Positions 1 to 9,711 of a DNA stretch of 64,000 nt are shown here, piece after piece. This DNA comes from Methanomassiliicoccaceae archaeon (GTDB lineage: Archaea; Thermoplasmatota; Thermoplasmata; Methanomassiliicoccales; Methanomassiliicoccaceae): contig JAXGZN010000001.1 of assembly GCA_040776945.1 (NCBI GenBank), forward strand, positions 928,001 to 992,000, written 5' to 3'. The notes beneath the pieces are model-generated. The model saw only the letters and a list, made by a program, of their open reading frames with translations. It was not told where the DNA came from and ran no database searches. The stretch's first letter is position 1. Each line of letters begins with the position of its first letter. Made by a program: the position numbers and the translations under genes.

Positions 1-795
1 TCCCTCATCTTGGAGGTCCATCCTGAGCTTATCATGGATGCGTTCCAACGTCTCAGCGTCAAAGTAGCCGCGACCGATTCCCGACTGATTGGTCACCAGG
101 ACCGTTAGGTATCCGGCCTCGTTGAGCTTTCGGATCGATCCTCCAACGCCTGGGAACAGCCTCAGATCCTCCGGTCGGGAGCAGTACGGAACGTCCTGGG
201 CGATAGTATCGTCCCGATCGATGAACACCGCCTTCCGGCCGAACAAGGCCTTCTCCACCAGCCCGCAGATTATGTGCCCGGCGCACATGTAGGCCTCCTG
301 GATGCGCGGTGTGGCGGTGGACGGCACGATGAGCGGGTGGTCGGTAAGGTCCTTGATGCTTCCGCCTGGGCCGGAGAAGGACACCGTAACCAGTCCGAGC
401 TCCCTCGCACGCTCAAGCGCCAGCACGACGTTCCTCGAGTTACCCGAGGTGCTCAGGCCAACGGCGACATCGCCCGGCCTTGCGCACGCTTCAAGCTGGC
501 GCGCGAACACCTGATCGTACCCGTAATCGTTCCCTACGCCGGTGATGGACGGCAGCGACGACAGCGCCAACCCATTGAGCGCCGGCCGGTCCATCAGGTA
601 CCGTCCGGCCAGCTCGGCGGCCAGATGTGAGGCGTCAGCGGCGCTACCTCCGTTGCCGAAGAAGATGACCTTCCCGCCCCTCCTCAGCGATGCGACCATG
701 GCATCGGCGATGGCCTCTATCCGCTCAGGGTCAATGGCCGCGATTATCGATGCGGATTCCCTAAGCTCGCTCTCAATGAGAAGGGCCATCGTCAT
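1..795 (-). CDS. gmhA: Bifunctional phosphoheptose isomerase (GmhA, SIS) / heptose-bisphosphate phosphatase (GmhB, HAD) fusion, runs off window edge
   Basis: Manual translation from ATG at 795, open to position 1: KVIFFGNGGSAADASHLAAELAGRY, GNDYGYDQVFARQ, STSGNSRNV, TPRIQE, then in frame KAVFIDRDDTI and VTNQSGIGRGYF. Absent from the ORF track because it has no stop in the window. Confidence 0.9.
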   Translation of the reverse strand, partial: MTMALLIESELRESASIIAAIDPERIEAIADAMVASLRRGGKVIFFGNGGSAADASHLAAELAGRYLMDRPALNGLALSSLPSITGVGNDYGYDQVFARQLEACARPGDVAVGLSTSGNSRNVVLALERARELGLVTVSFSGPGGSIKDLTDHPLIVPSTATPRIQEAYMCAGHIICGLVEKALFGRKAVFIDRDDTIAQDVPYCSRPEDLRLFPGVGGSIRKLNEAGYLTVLVTNQSGIGRGYFDAETLERIHDKLRMDLQDEG

Positions 796-1816
796 ACCTC
801 CAGGTCTGCAGCCCGTACTTGTCGAAGTTGTAAGTGGCGATGTCCACCCCTAGCTTCGTCAGCTCGTTGGCCACCCTGTGCTTGCGGTCATACTCGCAAA
901 TGAAGAACATGAAGCCTCCGCCGCCCGCTCCCGAGATCTTCCCCCCGATGGCCCCGCTGGCCAGCGCCGCATCGTATATCTGGTCGATGCGCTCGTTGGA
1001 TATCTTCGATGTGAACTTCTTCTTGCTCTCCCAGGACTCGTTGAGCAGCTCTCCGAGATGACGGATCTCGCCCCGAAGCAAGGCATCCTTCATCTCCCTC
1101 GCCAGCCGCTTTGTGCGCTCCAGCGCATCCAGCACCTGCTCGTCCCGTTGAAGATATCCCCGTGTCTGGCTCTGGATGATGTTCGATGAGTCCCTTGTCT
1201 TGCCAGTATTGCCTAGGAGGAGCTGATAGTGAAGCTCGTTGAGGATGTCGCTCTTGATCCTAAGCGGCGTAACGATGGTATCGCTGGCCCTGAACTCCAT
1301 GAAGTTGAAGCCCCCGAAAACCGAGGCGTACTGGTCCTGCTTCCCTCCAGCGAGGCCCAGTTCCTTCCTCTCCAGCACATATGCCAGATTGGCGATGTCA
1401 TAGGGTGACATAGGCTCATTGAGCCACTCGACCATCGCTCCAATGATGGACACGATGACCGTGGACGACGAGCCCAGCCCGGACCCCGGAGGGGCATCGC
1501 AATGGAGGAACATGTCGAAGCCACGGTCAACCTCGAAGTGGTTCAGCACCGCCTTGATGAGATCGAGGTTCCCGTCATAGCCGAACATATCACCATTCGC
1601 CGTCCACTGCTCGACAACGCCATAATCCAGCGAACGGATGGTTATCTCGTTGTCCTTGCGGGGAGAGATGGTGCAATAGGCGAACCGGTCGATCGTCGAG
1701 TTTAGGACCGCGCCGCCCTGCTCGTCGCAATACGGAGGTACGTCGGTCCCACCCCCGGCAAAGCTGATGCGCAACGGCGCCTTGCTCCTTATCAGCTGCT
1801 TCCTCTCTCCCATCAT
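773..1816 (-). CDS. hddA: GHMP kinase, D-glycero-alpha-D-manno-heptose-7-phosphate kinase (HddA-like)
   Basis: APLRISFAGGGTD, PPGSGLGSSS, GGKQDQY, GGKISGAGGGGF; start trimmed to MMGERK; adjacent to gmhA/B. Confidence 0.85.
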   Translation of the reverse strand: MMGERKQLIRSKAPLRISFAGGGTDVPPYCDEQGGAVLNSTIDRFAYCTISPRKDNEITIRSLDYGVVEQWTANGDMFGYDGNLDLIKAVLNHFEVDRGFDMFLHCDAPPGSGLGSSSTVIVSIIGAMVEWLNEPMSPYDIANLAYVLERKELGLAGGKQDQYASVFGGFNFMEFRASDTIVTPLRIKSDILNELHYQLLLGNTGKTRDSSNIIQSQTRGYLQRDEQVLDALERTKRLAREMKDALLRGEIRHLGELLNESWESKKKFTSKISNERIDQIYDAALASGAIGGKISGAGGGGFMFFICEYDRKHRVANELTKLGVDIATYNFDKYGLQTWRYDDGPSH

Positions 1817-2028
1817 CGCACCTTCATTATGGAGCGAGGATTTATAACCGACTTGTTCAGGAACGATGTGGGCCAATGCCGCCCATCTGACCATCGGTCC
1901 GGGAGCTCCGCGATCCACGCTAAGGCCGAACGCTGAACCTCCAGGCATCGAGGGGCGGCACTCTCATCGCCCAGCCCGGGTGCAAGCGTCCTCCTGGCGT
2001 TCATTGAAAGGGCCGTGGCAAGGATACT

Positions 2029-2051
2029 TGTTTATCGTGGCAAACGTATCG
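2029..2051 (+). promoter_or_regulatory. TATA-containing promoter motif, copy 1
   Basis: TGTTTATCGTGGCAAACGTATCG ending 8 nt before the ATG at 2059; similar to copy at 3262. Confidence 0.55.
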
Positions 2052-2058
2052 GCCGCCT

Positions 2059-2895
2059 ATGCCGGGATCGACAGGCCACTCCGGCCCTTCGAAAAAAAGG
2101 CTCGATAGAAAGCATCTGATGTACATGGGGGTCGCCCTTGTGGTCATGGCGGCCCTCGCCGTTGCTGTTCTAGGAGGTCTTTTGGGCGGTCAAAGCGAAG
2201 GACCGAACGCCCTTGAGAGGATCAAAGGCCGGGGGACCATCATCGTCGGCATCAACGTTCCCTGGGAGCCTTTCGAGACCTATAATGCGACCACCAAGCA
2301 GTACGAAGGGTTCGATATCGATGTCGTGTCCAAGGTCGCCCAAATAATGGGAGTGGACGTCGAGTTCAGATCGATGGATTTCGATGCCCTCCTTGGAGCG
2401 GTCGAGACCGGCCAGGTCGATCTGGCCATATCCTCGATGGCCATTAGGCCTGACCTTGCCGAACGAGTGGCCTTCTCCACCCCCTATTATATCACGGACC
2501 AAGCCATTATCGTCCGCGAAGACAGCACCATAATGGGCCCTGACGATCTTAACGGGACCATCGTCGCCGCGCGGCATGACACCACGGGTTACTATTGGAT
2601 CAAGGACAATCTAAACGCCACAAGCATTGCCTATGATACGGTTCTTGCTGCCGTGCTAGCTGTGGAGATGGAACAGAGCGGCGTTCGCTCCGCTATCTTG
2701 GACTCAGCGCTGGCTAGCAGGTACGCCAGCAATTCAAGCTATCACCTGAAGGTCGCATCCACAATTCCCACGAACGAGAGGTTCGGCATCGCCTGTCCAA
2801 AGGGGGAGGAGAAGCTTCTCTCGGCCATCGATGACGCTATCAGTTCCATGAAGGCCGATGGCAGTCTGGAGGCCATGCTCGACAGGTGGGCATGA
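2059..2895 (+). CDS. Polar amino-acid ABC transporter substrate-binding protein, N-terminal membrane anchor
   Basis: TM helix, then IIVGINVPWEPFE, GFDIDV, FDALLGAV, DLAISSM, FSTPYY (PBPb family). Confidence 0.9.
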   Translation: MPGSTGHSGPSKKRLDRKHLMYMGVALVVMAALAVAVLGGLLGGQSEGPNALERIKGRGTIIVGINVPWEPFETYNATTKQYEGFDIDVVSKVAQIMGVDVEFRSMDFDALLGAVETGQVDLAISSMAIRPDLAERVAFSTPYYITDQAIIVREDSTIMGPDDLNGTIVAARHDTTGYYWIKDNLNATSIAYDTVLAAVLAVEMEQSGVRSAILDSALASRYASNSSYHLKVASTIPTNERFGIACPKGEEKLLSAIDDAISSMKADGSLEAMLDRWA

Positions 2896-3261
2896 GGGAC
2901 GATGTCCATCGGCTTAATCCAGACCAATCGAAACGGGCCGCTGGGACAAGGGATCGAGCATTCCAGGGCAAGCTTCGCCCTCGCAGGGACACTGCCCTAC
3001 GCCTGCATCTAAGTCGTTCCAAGCTGAGCTAGCGCCCAAGGACCATCTCACATCCTCCCTCTTGCCGCAAGTTCAAATCCAGCACATGTCAGATGATAAA
3101 ACGACAGTATCTTACCTCCCTCATAACTATCAGGTTTCGAAGGATGGTCCAGGATATCGATCTATGGTAAAATATTCATTCAAATATCTGAAATAAATTT
3201 TATCATTACGAAATACACATCGCACGCTTTTTGTCTAATATCGGACCCAGATGCCTATGTA

Positions 3262-3286
3262 TGTTTATTTAGTGGTAAGCGTATCG
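3262..3286 (+). promoter_or_regulatory. TATA-containing promoter motif, copy 2
   Basis: TGTTTATTTAGTGGTAAGCGTATCG ending 9 nt before the ATG at 3295, in an AT-rich spacer. Confidence 0.55.
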
Positions 3287-3294
3287 CAGAAAAC

Positions 3295-4182
3295 ATGTCG
3301 GATTCTGCGGGAGGAACGGCTCCCTCACCACTGAAGAAGAAAGGCAATAAAACGATCTTGATAGCCGCCGCAGCAGCGATAATAATCATCGCCCTGGTCG
3401 CTGTGGTCGTGGTCGGAGGCTTTTTGCAGGCCAAGGAGCAGACAGCCCTGGAGAAGATCAAGTCCCAAGGAAAGATCATAATGGCCACTGAGGCGACCTT
3501 CATACCCTTCGAATCCTATGATCCAACCAATGACACGTACATAGGGTTCGACATAGACCTGGCCAAGCGCATTACCGAGAACGTATCTGCCGAACTTGGT
3601 GTGCCTATAGCCTTAGAGATACGTGATGTGGCCTTCAATACCATCCCCGCCAGCTTGAACAACAAGCAGATTGATATGAGCCTATCTGGCATGACCATCA
3701 CTGACGAGAGGAACAAATCGGTCATGTTCAGCACGCCCTACTACATGGCCGAGGCCGGCTTCGGCATGCTTGTCAAATCGAGCGACGACTCCCTAGACTC
3801 CCCTGACAAGATAGCCACCGCCAGCTCCATAGTCGTCAACACCGGCACCACCTCTGAGATATGGGTGCAGAAGGAGCTTGTAGACAAGGGCCTCTTTTCT
3901 GCGAGCAAGGTCAAGAGCCTGCCGACCATCGCCGGATGCGTCCAAGACGTTCAGATCGGGCAGTCTCAGGTGTTCATCATCGACAAGCCGACCGCTGAGA
4001 CCTACGCAAGCGAGTCAAACGGCGATCTAAAGGTGTCCGGTGTCATCCCCAGCTACGAGCCGTACGGTGTAGCCCTTAACAAGGAAGCAACCGACCTGAA
4101 AGAGATAATCGACAGGGTGATCACCACCATGATCGAGAACGGAGAGATGGAAGCGCTCAGGGAAAAGTGGGGATTGAACTGA
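3295..4182 (+). CDS. Polar amino-acid ABC transporter substrate-binding protein (paralog 2)
   Basis: TM anchor, ATEATFIPFES, GFDIDLA, SGMTITDER, FSTPYY. Confidence 0.92.
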   Translation: MSDSAGGTAPSPLKKKGNKTILIAAAAAIIIIALVAVVVVGGFLQAKEQTALEKIKSQGKIIMATEATFIPFESYDPTNDTYIGFDIDLAKRITENVSAELGVPIALEIRDVAFNTIPASLNNKQIDMSLSGMTITDERNKSVMFSTPYYMAEAGFGMLVKSSDDSLDSPDKIATASSIVVNTGTTSEIWVQKELVDKGLFSASKVKSLPTIAGCVQDVQIGQSQVFIIDKPTAETYASESNGDLKVSGVIPSYEPYGVALNKEATDLKEIIDRVITTMIENGEMEALREKWGLN

Positions 4183-4234
4183 GCATCGCTCTCCAAACCA
4201 CTTCTTACTTTTTTATCATAGGGCAGGATTGAAA

Positions 4235-4993
4235 ATGGAATTCAAAGAACAGGCAACCAAACATAAGAACACGCTGAGCAAGATCGGACTGGTCATTACC
4301 ATAATAATCACTTTTGTGGTGATGCTAGATCAACCAGTCAACTCTGATTACATCGGCAGATGGATACCAGCCATCGGCAAGACGATACTGATCAGCGTGA
4401 TAGCCATCGTGATGGGCTTTGGCATCGGCGTGGTGATCGGCCTGGGCCGGATCTCCCGCAACTTCCTTATCAATGGCATCGCAACGGTCTATGTCGAGAT
4501 ACTTCGGGGCGTGCCCCTCCTTATTCAGATATTTTTCATGTACTTCGCTCTCGCTATCTATGTACCTAGCATAAACGATCCCGCCATCGCCGCGACGTTG
4601 GCTTTGGGGCTGAACAGTGGCGCATACCAGGCCGAGATAATCAGAGGTGGGATCCAATCCATTCCCCGCGGACAGATGGAAGCCGCCCGGTCCTCAGGGA
4701 TGTCCTACTTCCAGGCAATGCGTCACGTTATCCTGCCTCAGGGATTCAGACTGGTCATTCCGCCAATGACCAATGAATACGTGACCGTAATTAAGGACTC
4801 CTCGCTCGCGTACGCCATAGGTGCGATGGAGATCACTTGGCTTAGCACGAAGATCATTACCATCGACTTCGACCCTCTGACCACCTACCTGTTCGTGGCC
4901 CTGATCTACTTCACCCTCACCACCTTCACCTCGAACATCATGAGAGTGGTGGAGCGCAAGTTCAGCATACCTGGTTATATGGGAGTTGAGTGA
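4235..4993 (+). CDS. Amino-acid ABC transporter permease (HisM/GlnP family)
   Basis: [37 protein letters not shown] (EAA loop), IKDSSL. Confidence 0.93.
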   Translation: MEFKEQATKHKNTLSKIGLVITIIITFVVMLDQPVNSDYIGRWIPAIGKTILISVIAIVMGFGIGVVIGLGRISRNFLINGIATVYVEILRGVPLLIQIFFMYFALAIYVPSINDPAIAATLALGLNSGAYQAEIIRGGIQSIPRGQMEAARSSGMSYFQAMRHVILPQGFRLVIPPMTNEYVTVIKDSSLAYAIGAMEITWLSTKIITIDFDPLTTYLFVALIYFTLTTFTSNIMRVVERKFSIPGYMGVE

Positions 4994-4995
4994 AA

Positions 4996-5760
4996 ATGAC
5001 CACGCCATTGATTGAAATGAGCGGCATCTACAAGAGCTTCGGCGGGAACCAGGTCCTAAAGGGCATATCCATGAAGGTCATGCCGGGAGAGGTTGTGGCT
5101 ATCATTGGCCCCTCCGGCAGCGGGAAGAGCACCCTTCTTAGGTGCGTCAACCGTCTGAACGAGCCAGACGCTGGGGAGATATTGTTCGATGGGCACAGCA
5201 TCATCGGCAAGAATATCGATATCGATCTGGTGCGTTCTCAGATGACCATGGTGTTCCAGAGCTTCAACCTCTTCATGCATCTGACCGCTCGGAAGAACAT
5301 ATCTCTCCCCTTAAGAGAGGTCAAAAAGCTGAGCAAGGAGGAGGCCGACCGGTTGGCATTGGAGGCGCTGGACAAGGTCGGGCTGAACGATAAGGCCGAC
5401 GCCTATCCAGGAGAGCTTTCAGGTGGCCAGCAGCAACGCGTGGCCATCGCCCGGGCCTTCGCCATGCATCCCAAGGTGCTGCTGTTCGACGAGCCGACCT
5501 CAGCACTCGACCCGGAGCTCATCGGAGAGGTTCTGGAGGTCATGAAGAAGTTGGCGTACATGGGCATGACCATGGTCGTGGTCACGCATGAGATGGGCTT
5601 CGCCAGGGACGTCGCGGACCGGGTGATCTTCATGGACAACGGCATCGTTCTCGAGGAGGGAGACCCCAAGGTGATCTTCAGCAGCCCCAAGAACGAGCGC
5701 ACCCGTCAATTCCTTAAGCGTGTGCTCCAGGCGGAGCAGGTCCCTCCTCCGCCTCAATAG
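4996..5760 (+). CDS. Amino-acid ABC transporter ATP-binding protein (GlnQ family)
   Basis: [44 protein letters not shown]. Confidence 0.95.
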   Translation: MTTPLIEMSGIYKSFGGNQVLKGISMKVMPGEVVAIIGPSGSGKSTLLRCVNRLNEPDAGEILFDGHSIIGKNIDIDLVRSQMTMVFQSFNLFMHLTARKNISLPLREVKKLSKEEADRLALEALDKVGLNDKADAYPGELSGGQQQRVAIARAFAMHPKVLLFDEPTSALDPELIGEVLEVMKKLAYMGMTMVVVTHEMGFARDVADRVIFMDNGIVLEEGDPKVIFSSPKNERTRQFLKRVLQAEQVPPPPQ

Positions 5761-5823
5761 CCACGACCTCTCCTTTTTATAAAATGGAGTGCTAAAGCAT
5801 TGTGATTTCGGCGCGGGGTCACG

Positions 5824-6765
5824 ATGGTTGGTCAGGACAAGGTATGGTTCGACGGCAAACTGGTCGGGATGAAGGACGCTCGTGTCTCTCCTCTCGCCTA
5901 TGGTCTGCATTATGGATGGGGCGTCTTCGAGGGCCTACGGGCCTATGACACCAAGCACGGCAGAGCCGTGTTCCGCCTCAGAGACCATATGGTAAGGTTC
6001 CTGGACTCGGCCAGGTTCATGCAGCTGGAGGTCAGCTACACGGTCGACGAGCTCTGCGAGGCGGTGAAGGAAGTATGCAGGGCCAACGGACCACAGGCCG
6101 ACTATATCCGCCCATTAGCGTATCACGGCGAGAGCGGAGGGCTCGGACTGGGGGTCGTGAAGGTGCCGACGAACGTCGTGATAATGACGATCCATATGGG
6201 CGCATACATTCGGGGGGATGAGCCGGGAGCATCTCTAATAACCTCGTCCTGGGAACGGCCCTCGAACCTCGCCACCTCTCTCACCGCTAAGATCTGCGGG
6301 AACTACATCAGCTCGATCATCGCAAAGAGGGAGGCGATGCGGCAAGGCGCGGACGAGGCGCTGATGCTGAACCACAACGGATCGGTCGCGGAGGCCTCTG
6401 CTGAGAACCTGTTCATGGTCCGTCATGGAAAGATCATCACCCCAGGCCTTTCGGACGGCATCCTCGAAGGCATAACCAGAGATACGGTCATTGAACTGGC
6501 CAGAGAGCGCGGGTACGAGGTGGTGGAGAGAAGCATCACCAGGGGCGAGCTGCTTATCGCAGATGAGGTCTTCCTAACCGGCACGGCGGCCGAGCTTCAC
6601 CCAGTGCGCTCGATCGATGGAATATCCATCGGTAAGGACGTTCCGGGCCCGATCACCGCTGAGCTGAGGGACCTCTATGGAAGGGTCACCAGGGGCGAGG
6701 TCAAGGAGCACCTGGAATGGGTGGACCTCATTGACGCGAAACCAGTCAGGCGCAGGAAGAGATGA
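5824..6765 (+). CDS. ilvE: Branched-chain amino-acid aminotransferase
   Basis: LHYGWGVFEGLRAY, AKICGNY (PLP Lys), ILEGITR, EVFLTGTAAE. Confidence 0.93.
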   Translation: MVGQDKVWFDGKLVGMKDARVSPLAYGLHYGWGVFEGLRAYDTKHGRAVFRLRDHMVRFLDSARFMQLEVSYTVDELCEAVKEVCRANGPQADYIRPLAYHGESGGLGLGVVKVPTNVVIMTIHMGAYIRGDEPGASLITSSWERPSNLATSLTAKICGNYISSIIAKREAMRQGADEALMLNHNGSVAEASAENLFMVRHGKIITPGLSDGILEGITRDTVIELARERGYEVVERSITRGELLIADEVFLTGTAAELHPVRSIDGISIGKDVPGPITAELRDLYGRVTRGEVKEHLEWVDLIDAKPVRRRKR

Positions 6766-7066
6766 CGGCCAGGTCCGTTCCTCACGCCCCCATGGGTACA
6801 TTCACGTGGTCCCGAGCCGTCCCCGTCAAGATCCGATCATATTAGAGGTATCGAGAGGCCCTCAGCACCGATCCCGGTCCCGGCACGATCCGCCGGCACT
6901 TTCTTGCAAGGAAGAACGGAACAATATCGGCCATGCATGCCATCGTCCTTAGGGAGGGGACCGAACGTGGGATCTCCGCATCCAATCCTACGATCGAGGT
7001 CATTTGCCCTGATGCTCCGCGAATTGTAATATACCCTCCTAGCGATTTTCGCCGCAGGGAAACCAA

Positions 7067-7570
7067 ATGTCCAAGACGACCGAGAACCTCAAGGAGGCCT
7101 TCGCAGGGGAATCCCAGGCCAACCGCAAGTACCTGGCCTTCGCCCAGAAAGCCCAGCAGGACGGATATGAACAAGTGGCCAAGCTCTTCCGGGCCGCCGC
7201 GGAGGCGGAGACCATCCACGCGCACGCGCACCTAAGGGTGCTGAAGGGAGTTAAGACGACGGAGGAGAACCTCAGGGAGGCGATCAGCGGGGAGAACTAC
7301 GAGCACACCTCCATGTATCCTGGGTTCATAGAAGAGGCCCAGAGAGAGGGCAACAAGGACGCGGTGCGCTCCTTCACCTTCGCCAACGAGGTAGAGAAGG
7401 TCCACGAGGAGCTGTACAAGGCCGCGCTCCGCGCCATAGCTGGAAAAAAGGACCTCCCGGCCAAGAAGCTCTACATATGTCCGGTATGTGGCAACATAGA
7501 GGAGGACCAGCCCCCGGAGAGGTGCGCCGTCTGCGGAGCGCCGGGGAGATCGTTCCGCGAGGCGATCTAA
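7067..7570 (+). CDS. rbr: Rubrerythrin
   Basis: AFAGESQANRKY, EAETIHA, EVEKVH, C-terminal CPVCG...CAVCGA rubredoxin-like site. Confidence 0.93.
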   Translation: MSKTTENLKEAFAGESQANRKYLAFAQKAQQDGYEQVAKLFRAAAEAETIHAHAHLRVLKGVKTTEENLREAISGENYEHTSMYPGFIEEAQREGNKDAVRSFTFANEVEKVHEELYKAALRAIAGKKDLPAKKLYICPVCGNIEEDQPPERCAVCGAPGRSFREAI

Positions 7571-7630
7571 GGTACAAAGGCCCTTGTCGGGCCAATTTCT
7601 TATCCTTCTACTTCTCTTCAGGCATCACAC

Positions 7631-8545
7631 ATGTACGAGATCAGGTTCCACGGACGGGGTGGGCAGGGGGCGGTCATGGCCGCGCAGACCCTCGCCGACG
7701 CGGCCGTCCGCATCGGCTTCCAGGCGCAGGCGTTCCCCTATTTCGGGGCGGAGAGGAGGGGGGCGCCGGTCGAGGCCTATGCGCGCATCGACAACAAGAA
7801 GATCCGAACCAAGAGCCAGGTGTACGAACCGCACCTCGTCGTGATCATGGACGCCTCCCTGATGGACATTGTGAACGCGACGGCGGGCCTGCGGCCCGGC
7901 GGCAAGGCGGTCATGAACACGGTCCAGAGGCCAGAGGAGGCGGACCTAGGGGCCGGGGTGGACGCAGAGCTCGGAACGGTCGACGCCTTGTCCATCTCCC
8001 TGGAGATGCTCAAGATGCCGGTGGTGAACACCGCCATGCTGGGAGCGGTGGCCAAGGTGTGGGACGTGGTCCCGCTGGACGCCATAATGGAGGCGATAGA
8101 GGACCGCTTCGGGAGCAAGCTGGGCCGTAGGGCCGGGATGCTCAATGCGGAGGCGGCCAAGAGGGCGTTCGAGGACACCGTTGTAGGCCGGGCCTCTGGC
8201 CGGCGAGAGCATGCTGAGCATAGGAGATGGCTTCCGGCATGGGACGAGATGCCCATCGGAGCGTCCCTTAGAAGAACGGCACAGGCCGAGGAGGAGGTAG
8301 GGCCGGCGACCACCTGGCAGCACCATACAGGGCGATGGAAGTGGTCCACTCCCCTGTACAAGAAAGAGAAATGCATTAAGTGCCTAAGATGCTGGTGGTC
8401 GTGCCCGGACGCCGCGATCGTACGCCTTGACGATGATCATATGCGCTGGGAACTGGACTACTGCAAGGGATGCGGTATTTGCGCGGACATCTGTCCAGTA
8501 AACGCGATCGACATGATGGAGGGGGCTCGGGACACATGGCAGTGA
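7631..8545 (+). CDS. 2-oxoacid:ferredoxin oxidoreductase fused gamma-delta subunit
   Basis: HGRGGQG, FGAERRGAPV, NTAMLGA; C-terminal CIKCLRCWWSCP and CKGCGICADICP (two 4Fe-4S). Confidence 0.9.
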   Translation: MYEIRFHGRGGQGAVMAAQTLADAAVRIGFQAQAFPYFGAERRGAPVEAYARIDNKKIRTKSQVYEPHLVVIMDASLMDIVNATAGLRPGGKAVMNTVQRPEEADLGAGVDAELGTVDALSISLEMLKMPVVNTAMLGAVAKVWDVVPLDAIMEAIEDRFGSKLGRRAGMLNAEAAKRAFEDTVVGRASGRREHAEHRRWLPAWDEMPIGASLRRTAQAEEEVGPATTWQHHTGRWKWSTPLYKKEKCIKCLRCWWSCPDAAIVRLDDDHMRWELDYCKGCGICADICPVNAIDMMEGARDTWQ

Positions 8546-9711
8546 AGGCCATAACAGGAGACCAGGCGGTAGCCTACGGCGCTATGCTGGCGCGGGCAGA
8601 GGTGGTGCCTGGGTTCCCCATCACCCCGCAGACGATCATAATCGAGCAGATCACCGAGTTCATCAACGATGGGATCATGGACGCCGATTTCATACCGGCA
8701 GAGAGCGAACACTCGGTGATGTCCGTTGCCGTGGGCGCCTCGGCCGGAGGCGTTCGCACCTTCACCGCGACCTCCTCTCAGGGGCTGGCGCTGATGTACG
8801 AGATGCTGTTCGCGGCCGCGCCCATCCGGCTGCCGGTGGTCATGGCGGTGGCCAACCGCAGTGTGGGTGGGGCGTCCGGCATATGGACGGAGCACAACGA
8901 TTCCGTGCCAGTGAGGGAGAGCGGCTGGCTGCAGGTGTACGTTGAGGATTGCCAGGAGGCGCTGGACATGACCATACAGGCGTTCCGCATCGCCGAGGAC
9001 CGGCGGGTGATGCTCCCGATCATGGTCTGCCTGGACGGGTTCATATTGTCGCATGTGGTGGAGGGCGTGGACATCCCCGAGCAGGAGGTCGTCGACCGCT
9101 TTCTTCCGAAGCTCGCGCCCCTGAACACCTTGGACCCTTATGACCCGGTGATGATGAACCCCATAACGCCGCCGGAGTTCGCCACCGAGATGAGGTACCA
9201 GCAGGACCGGGCCATGGAGGCCGCGCGGACCGTGATCGGAGAGGCCGATGAGGAGTTCGCCACCCTCACCGGGAGGAGGTACGGGGGGCTTTTCGAATGC
9301 TACCGCATGGAGGACGCCGAATACGCAATGATGGGCCTGGGCACCTGGACGGGACTGGCCCGCGAGGCGGTGGACCAACTGCGCTCCGAGGGCAAAAGGG
9401 CCGGCCTGATCAAGCTGCGCTGCATGCGGCCGTTCCCCGGGCAGGAGCTGAGGCAGGCGACGCTCAACCTGAAGGCCCTGGGCACCTTTGACCGCTCCGC
9501 CGCGTTCAACGGCAGCGGCCCCGTGTTCACCGAGACCAGGAACGCGCTGTACGGCAGCGGGATCAGCGTTACTGACCATATCGCCGGCATCGGAGGCCGG
9601 GACATAACCGTTGGACTGGTGCGCGGCATGTACAATATCGTGGAGCGGAGCGCGATGGGCGAGAAGGTCAGGGACTGCACCTGGCATGCGCTCAGGAGTG
9701 AGATGGCATGA
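8536..9711 (+). CDS. porA: 2-oxoacid:ferredoxin oxidoreductase alpha subunit (PorA-like)
   Basis: FPITPQT, ESEHS, TATSSQGL, ANRS, DGFILSH, GIGGRD; start trimmed to MAVKAIT. Confidence 0.88.
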   Translation: MAVKAITGDQAVAYGAMLARAEVVPGFPITPQTIIIEQITEFINDGIMDADFIPAESEHSVMSVAVGASAGGVRTFTATSSQGLALMYEMLFAAAPIRLPVVMAVANRSVGGASGIWTEHNDSVPVRESGWLQVYVEDCQEALDMTIQAFRIAEDRRVMLPIMVCLDGFILSHVVEGVDIPEQEVVDRFLPKLAPLNTLDPYDPVMMNPITPPEFATEMRYQQDRAMEAARTVIGEADEEFATLTGRRYGGLFECYRMEDAEYAMMGLGTWTGLAREAVDQLRSEGKRAGLIKLRCMRPFPGQELRQATLNLKALGTFDRSAAFNGSGPVFTETRNALYGSGISVTDHIAGIGGRDITVGLVRGMYNIVERSAMGEKVRDCTWHALRSEMA

